DNA from: Phycisphaerae bacterium
Lineage (GTDB): Bacteria; Planctomycetota; Phycisphaerae; Phycisphaerales; SM1A02
DNA: 64,000 bases
Assembly (NCBI GenBank): GCA_034440475.1
Contig: JAWXCC010000002.1
Span: 16,787 to 80,786 of the forward strand
Direction of reading: 5' to 3'
Shown here: positions 9,249 through 15,035 of the stretch, piece after piece
Layout of the letters: every line of letters starts with the position of its first letter
Position numbering within the stretch: the first letter of the stretch is position 1
The notes under the pieces: model-generated
Told to the model about the DNA's origin: nothing
Databases searched by the model: none
The model's input: the letters and a program-made list of their open reading frames with translations, nothing else
Made by a program: the position numbers and the translations under genes

Positions 9249-9354
9249 CGACCATTGAGCTGTGCTGCACGCGACGTGCGTGCAGCCGAGGCGTAGGTCT
9301 CGCGACAATCATAACGCACGCACGCCGCAAATCAGCACACGCGAGTTGCTAGGT
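9243..9354 (-). repeat. attC site (R'' variant ACCTAGC)
   Basis: Minus-strand reading: ACCTAGC AACTC GCGTGTGCTG ... CAGCACAGC TCAATGGTC GTTAGGC. The L stem pairs with one bulged G. Confidence 0.7.
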
Positions 9355-9559
9355 TGCCGCCCTTGTACGCGCAGGCCGCGCCCCGACCACCGCGAGATAC
9401 GGACCCGCGCCGAGGAACTGCGAGCCCTCCGGCGAGCGCGGCGTGCCCGCGTTGCCGCCCGACCCCGACGATCGCACGAAAGTTCCCGAGATCTGACCGC
9501 CTCGCGTTGGCGTCTGGCCATGCCGAGCCGATAGACTCGACGCGACAAGAGACTACCCC

Positions 9560-9766
9560 ATGGAATTCACGATCGAAACAGAATCGGAAGACGACGGGCG
9601 CTGGATCGCCGAGGTGCCGACGCTCTCCGGAGTGATGGCAGACGGCGCGACCCGCGACGAGGCTCGCTTTCGCGTACACGCGCTGGCGCTGCGCGTGGTC
9701 GCCGAGCGACTCGAGCACGGCGAAGGCGGATCCGAGTTTCTCACAATCGTGTTCCGTGCCGCATGA
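9560..9766 (+). CDS. hicB: HicB-family antitoxin
   Basis: MEFTIETESEDDGRWIAEVPTLSGVMADGATRDEARFRVHALALRVVAERLE, a UPF0150/HicB-like fold signature. It shares an ATGA overlap with the next ORF. Confidence 0.8.
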   Translation: MEFTIETESEDDGRWIAEVPTLSGVMADGATRDEARFRVHALALRVVAERLEHGEGGSEFLTIVFRAA

Positions 9767-9974
9767 GCGACTGGCGAAGCTCACGGGCGCGACGGATCTT
9801 GGCGGCGCTGCTACGCATCGGCTGGCGCGAGAAGCGATCGTCGGGATCCCCCGGACTCTGGCTCGCGATGGCTGGCCGGACTACGTGTTCGCGTTCCATG
9901 ACAGCGAAGAGATCGGCCCGAAGATGCTCGCGAGAATCAGCAAGCGCACCGGGCTGACGCCGGAAGAACTCTGA
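9763..9974 (+). pseudogene. hicA: HicA-family mRNA interferase toxin, frameshifted
   Basis: The N-terminal part (frame of 9763) reads MSDWRSSRARRILAALLRIGWREKRSSGS. The C-terminal part (frame of 9756) reads RTLARDGWPDYVFAFHDSEEIGPKMLARISKRTGLTPEEL. One extra C in the C5 run at 9848-9852 joins them into a canonical HicA. Confidence 0.75.
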
Positions 9975-9987
9975 CTCGGATCGGGCA

Positions 9988-10092
9988 ACCTAACGACCAT
10001 TGAGCTATGCCGCACGCACGTGCGGCCGAGGCTGAAGGCCTCGCGACAATAGTAACCCGCACGTGCGTGTCGGCTTGAGCGAATTGTTAGAC
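9988..10092 (-). repeat. attC site
   Basis: Minus-strand reading: GTCTAAC AATTC GCTCAAGCCGACACGCACGTGCGG ... CCGCACGTGCGTGCGGCATAGC TCAATGGTC GTTAGGT. The stem is long and bulged. The brnA stop TAA lies inside GTCTAAC. Confidence 0.85.
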
Positions 10093-10317
10093 AGTGCCTT
10101 TCCGGAGCGGTTGCCACTTCATCGCGAGCTGCCGGCCACTGCTCGCGCAATCGCGGAGATAGAGGTTGATTAGGCTCTGGTACGGCAGCGCGGTCTTCTC
10201 CGCGAGGCGCTTGAAGTACTCGATCGTGCCATGGTCCAAGCGGATCGTGATGGATCGCTTGAGTCGCTTGGCGTAGGGATTCCGCTTTGCCCGGGAGAAG
10301 TCGTAGTCGCTCTTCAT
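10087..10317 (-). CDS. brnA: BrnA antitoxin (ribbon-helix-helix)
   Basis: DFSRAKRNPYAKRLKRSITIRLDHGTIEYFKRLAEKTALPYQSLINLYLRDCA. ATGA overlap with brnT. Confidence 0.85.
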   Translation of the reverse strand: MKSDYDFSRAKRNPYAKRLKRSITIRLDHGTIEYFKRLAEKTALPYQSLINLYLRDCASSGRQLAMKWQPLRKGTV

Positions 10318-10640
10318 GGCGCGTTCCTTTCGGTGTACTGGCGGCGCTCGTGCCGATTCGCGCGGCGAGCCGAGATGATTCGGACGACATCGTCGTACTC
10401 CCGATGAGTGTGGACGACGACCAGGAGACGGACCGAAGGACCCAGCCCGAGGAGGACGAACCGGTCCTCGTCCCCGGACTGCTCAGAGTCGGCCATGAAC
10501 AGCGCGAATTCGTCGGCGAACACCATGCTCGCCTCGTCGAAGGTCACGCCATGCTTGCCCTTGTTCGCCGCGGCTTTGCGCGGATCCCATTCGAAGCGGA
10601 GTTCGGCCACGGCGTTAGTGTACCTACGACGTAGTGACAC
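10314..10640 (-). CDS. brnT: BrnT toxin (DUF497)
   Basis: FEWDPRKAAANKGKHGVTFDEASMVFAD...RFVLLGLGPSVRLLVVVHTHREYDDVVRIISARRANRHERRQY. The track start at 10640 is GTG; an alternative GTG lies at 10610. Confidence 0.85.
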   Translation of the reverse strand: MSLRRRYTNAVAELRFEWDPRKAAANKGKHGVTFDEASMVFADEFALFMADSEQSGDEDRFVLLGLGPSVRLLVVVHTHREYDDVVRIISARRANRHERRQYTERNAP

Positions 10641-10677
10641 TGCAACGCCACAGTTTTGGCCGCCGACGCCTTGGGCC

Positions 10678-10791
10678 GCCTAACGATTTGCGAGCTGTGC
10701 TGAGGCCACGACGGCGGCCGCAGGAAGCGAAGCCTCCGGAGGTCGCCTGACGGCCGCCGCCGCGGCCGTCAGAACTAGCGAACTGTTAGGA
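10678..10791 (-). repeat. attC site
   Basis: Minus-strand reading: TCCTAAC AGTTC GCTAGTTCTGACGGCC ... GGCCTCAGCACAGC TCGCAAATC GTTAGGC. The stop TAA of the upstream cassette ORF lies inside TCCTAAC. Confidence 0.8.
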
Positions 10792-11869
10792 AGTTTCGGG
10801 GCTGGCTCGCGCAATTGGAATGACACTCTCGATTTCTCCAACGCCAGGAGACTTTGGCGGACCAAGCTTAGGAACAATTGATTCCAGCCAAACAAGGATC
10901 GCCGAAACGTTGACCAAGAGCTGCAGTAGGCGATCGAACGTGAGCGGGCCGGTTTTGGCTACGAGCTTGCCCTCATGAACGAATATGTTGCGATACTCGT
11001 ACGGTTCGGAGAACGCTTGCACAACTTGGGGTCTGACTTAAGCCCTTTCCCCGCAAGAATCGCGAGAAGCGAGTCGAGGTACTCGCGCAGCGATGGTTCC
11101 CGCCTGTAGTCCCCACCGCGATCTTGAATCCAAGGCCATAGATCAGGCGGTTGCATTCGCTCGGCAGCGATCGCGGAAACGACGGCGTGAACCGCCGTCT
11201 CGATGGCGCTAGCTGCCAACACAACCGCTGGCCCTAGGTGTGAGTTGAGCGACTGGGCATCGAGAAACAGCGTTCGCCAAGGGGCTGACTGGAAGTTGGG
11301 ACCCAGTTCTTGGCAACGAACCAACAGTTGGGGCCGAACCGACCAGAGCGCGATATTGCAGCCGGCCCCGCCAGCTCCTCGGATGAGTGCCGGATCCATG
11401 ACGAGCTCGCTTCCATCATCAGCTCGGTACTCAAGAGTCCAGAACTCCACGCTTCCCAACGGACGAACCTGCGGAAGATTGGTCAAGGCGCCATTCGTTC
11501 GATCCAAGTGTTCAGTGCAATTAGTGCGGCTGATTGAGGAGGATCGTTTGATTGTCGTGATTCAATGATGGACTTCTGCCGGTCGAAGGCCCGTCGCCGA
11601 AAGTGCACCTCAATCGCATTGGCATGGACTGCTGGCACGCCGTCAATTCGAAAAGATGGATCCGCGCTCGGGTCCGACACTAGCGCCATTGCGGCTGCGG
11701 CGCGCTCCAAGATGGGCATGCTCGGATCTCCTGCTCGTGTGCCCGCGACGACGCACGGTGAGTGGATTGTCACCTCGCAGTCGTTCCAAGACTGGGTTAG
11801 CAAGGGCATTTCCGCCTTGTGAGGCACCGGGATCGTGAACGGAAGCAGGAGTCGGAATTTCGCGATCAT
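10786..11869 (-). pseudogene. Cassette gene with a C-terminal HEPN-like (RNxxxH) domain, split by at least one frameshift
   Basis: Three consecutive overlapping ORFs lie on one strand, in frames 1, 2 and 0: 11483-11869, 10959-11507 and 10786-11022. One extra base in the GGGG run at 11028-11031 joins ...LAILAGKGLKSDP to QVVQAFSEPYEYRNIFVHEGKLV. The surrounding sequence looks like a four-helix pattern. The ATG at 11869 is 11 nt from the attC boundary. Confidence 0.55.
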
Positions 11870-11879
11870 TCGAGAAGCT

Positions 11880-11980
11880 GCCTAACGATCCTGAGCTTTG
11901 CCGCACGCACGTGCGGCCGAGGCGTAAGCGTCGCGCAGAATGTACATCACGCGCGTGTCGGCATGAGCGATGGGTTAGGC
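11880..11980 (-). repeat. attC site
   Basis: Minus-strand reading: GCCTAAC CCATC GCTCATGCCGACACGCGCGTG ... CCGCACGTGCGTGCGGCAAAGC TCAGGATC GTTAGGC. The stop TAA of the 11975.. ORF lies inside GCCTAAC. Confidence 0.85.
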
Positions 11981-12688
11981 CTTGCTGGACAGCTGTCCGC
12001 ATTCCGGGCATGTGGAGTGCCTTGCAAGGACGTACCCGCAGTTGGGACACAGGCCAGCACGTCCACGAAGCATGCGACGGAGGCGGAGCGGTGCGAAGAC
12101 CAGCAACCACCTGACGGACGCCCATACGAGCACGTCTGCCAGAAATCCCGGCCAAACGGGACGGATCGGAAGCATGAGTCGGAGGAACCCCTTCCATTGT
12201 GGGGCGGGATGAGCGCTGATCTGCCATCCGCCTTCGACAGTGCGTTTGACGACTCGCTCGACTCGAATCACATAGCCGAGAGCTGCAGACGGCCATCCAG
12301 CTCGCGATTCGACGGTGAACAGCAGCTGGTCGGACTTTGGAGGGTTGGCAATGTGCGACCACGGAGCGATGTCCGAGGGATTTGCTTGCCCTCGCGATGC
12401 AACGAACGCACGGTCAGCGACGGAATCGCCGGTCGCGAAAAGGCTGCCTTGGGGCGGAGGCACGACCATGGATTCGCGGAACACTGCCGCCGCGAAGACC
12501 GTCTCGCGCCCAAGCGACTGCTAGCGAGAAATGGCCCACATCGGCGCGTTGTGCCCAGTGTTGGCGTGTAGCACAGACGAACGAGTTGGACCCGCGAGCG
12601 AGGTGAAGGCCCAAGCGAGCGCCACGGTGACGGCCACGCCATTGACGTCGCAGATGAGAAGCGCTTTGAAGGTTTTTCGCGGCTGCAC
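11975..12688 (-). pseudogene. Membrane protein with C-terminal zinc ribbon (CxxCGY...CPECG), interrupted by an in-frame TAG
   Basis: Track ORFs 12521..12886 and 11975..12484 are in the same frame, separated only by the TAG at 12521-12523. From the GTG at 12688 the frame reads VQPRKTFKALLICDVNGVAVTVALAWAFTSLAG (TM-like), then ...AISR, the stop, then QSLGRETVFAAAVFRESM..., and ends RRMLRGRAGLCPNCGYVLARHSTCPECGQLSSKA. Confidence 0.6.
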
Positions 12689-13466
12689 CGGGTGTGTCCA
12701 GTATGAGGCACCATGCCGTAGGCATCGCAAGCAGTATAACCCGCACGGGCATATCGGCATGAGCGAAGTGTTCGGCGAGCGCGGATCGACTTCTGCCGCA
12801 TTCCGGGCAGGTCTGAGATCCGCCCAACAGATGTCCACAAGCGACGCATTGGTCACGCCGCTGGCGAATTCCCCGCCGCGCGACAAGGGGCAACTGTATT
12901 AACAGGAGCAGCGGGACCGCGATGGATGCGGAGCTGATGGCAAGTGAGATCCAGATCGGAAGAATTGGCAATGCGGCTCTATCGTCAAGCTTGAATAACC
13001 AGCCGGACGGTACCGGAACCTCCAAGCAACCTCGAGTTTGACTCGCCTCGTTCCGAGGGTCTGGTCCGTCGGCGACCACTTCGTACATGGAGAGCACCGC
13101 GATTGGCCATCCGAAAATCTCCTCACGGATGTAGATGTTGTGTGGGTAGCTCGAGAAGGGGTCGTTGTTGGCGTAGAAGTCGGGGTTGTCGGTGAGACCG
13201 AGGTACTTCTCGCAAGCGCCCCAGCAGTGCGCCTGACCCGCATCCGAAACCTGGAGTTGATCGCGGGCGGCATTTGGGATCGCCATCGCAGCGGTCGTCG
13301 ACTCGACGGCGATAGTGCGCAGTCGAATTCGATCTCGCATGCTGAGGGTGCGGCGACTGCTCAAGTAGAGGTCTCCCAGTCCGTTCCGCGTTTGGGAGAG
13401 TACGGCGGCCGCGACCGCAGTCATCAGCGATGCAAAGAAGCCAAGTCCAAGGCAGACAAGCAGCAC
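12414..13466 (-). CDS. Membrane protein with zinc ribbon; the ORF is extended by a stop-loss inside a decayed attC
   Basis: N-terminal TM segment LLVCLGLGFFASLMTAVAAAVL, a second TM segment, then RRGIRQRRDQCVACGHLLGGSQTCPECGRSRSALA. The next codon, GAA (12771-12773), occupies the position of the TAA in the R'' box (GCCGAAC versus GCCTAAC). The ORF then runs on for about 119 Arg-rich codons through the attC remnant and across the start of the next cassette. Confidence 0.6.
   Translation of the reverse strand: MLLVCLGLGFFASLMTAVAAAVLSQTRNGLGDLYLSSRRTLSMRDRIRLRTIAVESTTAAMAIPNAARDQLQVSDAGQAHCWGACEKYLGLTDNPDFYANNDPFSSYPHNIYIREEIFGWPIAVLSMYEVVADGPDPRNEASQTRGCLEVPVPSGWLFKLDDRAALPILPIWISLAISSASIAVPLLLLIQLPLVARRGIRQRRDQCVACGHLLGGSQTCPECGRSRSALAEHFAHADMPVRVILLAMPTAWCLILDTPGAAAKNLQSASHLRRQWRGRHRGARLGLHLARGSNSFVCATRQHWAQRADVGHFSLAVAWARDGLRGGSVPRIHGRASAPRQPFRDRRFRR
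12693..12776 (-). repeat. Decayed attC site (both R boxes mutated, internal deletion)
   Basis: Minus-strand reading: GCCGAAC ACTTC GCTCATGCCGATATGCCCGTGCGGGTTATACTGCTTGCGA TGCC TACGGCATGGTGCC TCATACTGGAC ACACCC. It aligns to the 9988-10092 copy but lacks about 20 nt, and ACACCC sits where GTTAGG should be. Confidence 0.6.
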
Positions 13467-13953
13467 AACAGGCCACGACGCCGATCTGTGTTTTCCCTAG
13501 GCACTGGGTCGCTCCGCCCAACTCTCAACTATTCCGTCCGGAGTTTCTGGAAAGTGCGGTCGGCAGAAATCGGCACTATGAGTGACGCGAGAACCGTAAG
13601 TCGCGAAGGTATCACGGAATCCAGATGGGGGAAGAGGCTGTGTCCGATTTATGCGGCGGGCGATGCGCCAAAATCGCGGCATAGCTCGGTCGCCCGCTTT
13701 CTACTGGGACTAGCCCTTGCCAGCTTGTTGACTCGTCTGCCTCGACCTCAGTCCGGATTCCGGCACCTCGGGCGCCGTCGGGTGCCGCCAGCGCAGCGCC
13801 TAGCAGTCCGCAGATCGCACTTTCACCGCGATATGTCACGACCCGCCGCGTCGGTTGCTCCGCTCGTCGGGGTTGGCGCCTCGTCCAAGCGGGGATCTCA
13901 CATCTGTCACATCGTCGATTCGTTTATCGCGAGCGCCGGACTCCTTCGAAATC

Positions 13954-14730
13954 TTACGCGGACAGCCGGTCGAGCGGGCTGACTACTCCATGCCCACCGC
14001 GGTTCAGGACATGTGTATAGATCGAGGTGGTCGAGGCATCATTGTGGCCTAACAGCTCCTGCACGGTCCGAACGTCATATCCCGCCTCAAAGAGGTGCGT
14101 CGCGAATGAGTGGCGCAACGTATGCGGTGTCGCGGGTTTCGCAATGCGTGTGCGGCGCACCGCGTCTCTCATTGCTCGCTGAATCAAGCTTGCATCGAGC
14201 ATGGTCACGCGATCCTTCGCGCCTTTTCCATCGCGGATACGGATCTCAGCATGATCGATGTCGATGTCCTTGACGCGCAACGTCAAGGCCTCGAAGAGGT
14301 GCATTCCAGTGCCATAGAGAAGTTCACACACCAACTGCGGAACGTCGTCCATAGCGCTGAGCAACTCTTGGACCTCACGGACAGTCAAGACGATCGGCAG
14401 CCGCTTGGGTCGCCTCGCGCGCACGATCTCTTTGATCTGGAGGAGCGGCTTCTTCAGCACGTCGCGATAGAGGAAGAGCACCGCGCACAGCGCCTGATGC
14501 TGAGTCGAACTGGCGACATCATGCTCCGTCGCGAGGCGTGACAGGAATTGCTGCACCTCGTGCTCTGCGAGTGTCACCGGATGTCGTCGGTCGTGGAACA
14601 CGAGGTATCGCCTGATCCATCCCAGATACGCCGACCTCGTGTTCGGACTCAGATGTCGCGCCGCCATGAGCTCGACGATCGCTGAATAGAGCGTCGGCGT
14701 GTCCGTACCCGGTACCAGCGGAAGAGGCAT
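13954..14730 (-). CDS. intI: Integron integrase homolog (IntI), internally deleted and probably inactive
   Basis: From the ATG at 14730: MPLPLVPGTDTPTLYSAIVELMAARHLSPNTRSAYLGWIRRYLVFH...LLYGTGMHLFEALTLRVKDIDIDHAEIRIRDGKGAKDRVTMLDASLIQRAMRDAVRRTRIAKPATPHTLRHSFATHLFEAGYDVRTVQELLGHNDASTTSIYTHVLNRGGHGVVSPLD. That is 258 aa, against roughly 320-340 aa for typical IntI. The track ORF start at 15069 adds an implausible 113-aa leader. Confidence 0.85.
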   Translation of the reverse strand: MPLPLVPGTDTPTLYSAIVELMAARHLSPNTRSAYLGWIRRYLVFHDRRHPVTLAEHEVQQFLSRLATEHDVASSTQHQALCAVLFLYRDVLKKPLLQIKEIVRARRPKRLPIVLTVREVQELLSAMDDVPQLVCELLYGTGMHLFEALTLRVKDIDIDHAEIRIRDGKGAKDRVTMLDASLIQRAMRDAVRRTRIAKPATPHTLRHSFATHLFEAGYDVRTVQELLGHNDASTTSIYTHVLNRGGHGVVSPLDRLSA

Positions 14731-14969
14731 CGGCCCGCTCCGCCCACTTCCGTCGTGGAAATTCTGTTGCGACTTATAGCTCCCACCTCCGACGCGAGAG
14801 CCTATAGCCATGAAGACTCCGCACCGAAAATCGCGGCCGAAGTCTGCCCCGTGGAAATTCCCCCGCGCCGCGAAATTCGCTGTGGAGCAGCCGACACCCA
14901 ATTCGCAAGCGAACGGGTGATGCCACTGTGCTTCTCGGCGTTCGTCGCCAGCGCCGCGCGACGATGAAA

Positions 14970-15005
14970 CCAAATCCATCGCCAAATCCATTGCCAAATC
15001 CATTG
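14970..15005. repeat. 12-bp tandem repeat x3 upstream of intI
   Basis: CCAAATCCATCG CCAAATCCATTG CCAAATCCATTG. It lies between the GTPase gene stop (15036) and the intI start (14730). Confidence 0.8.
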
Positions 15006-15035
15006 AATGCAAAACGCATCGACCCGCGTCTCTCG

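Larger units (their letters stand above)
8232..14730 (-). mobile_element. Sedentary chromosomal integron (co-oriented, damaged intI plus cassette array)
   Basis: An IntI-like recombinase gene lies at 13954-14730. A series of attC-like imperfect palindromes, bounded by YCTAAC...GTTAGRY, follows at gene-sized spacing down to about 8.2 kb. Cassette ORFs end with TAA/TAG inside the R'' box. Confidence 0.85.

Noticed and set aside
13467-13953. attI site between the intI stop and the first cassette (candidate core GTTGGGC on the minus strand, 13516-13522)
   Set aside because: GTTRRRY heptamers are frequent in GC-rich DNA. I see no integrase-binding direct repeats or other support, so attI remains unassigned.
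14764-14779. LexA/SOS box upstream of intI (CTGTTGCGACTTATAG)
   Set aside because: It matches CTGT-N8-ACAG only with a mismatch in the second half-site (ATAG). The LexA motif of this lineage is unknown to me, so this is not strong enough to call.
14970-15005. CRISPR array
   Set aside because: The only tandem repeats (12 bp x3 here, 17 bp x2 at 32602-32635) have no spacers and are far too short. No cas genes are present.
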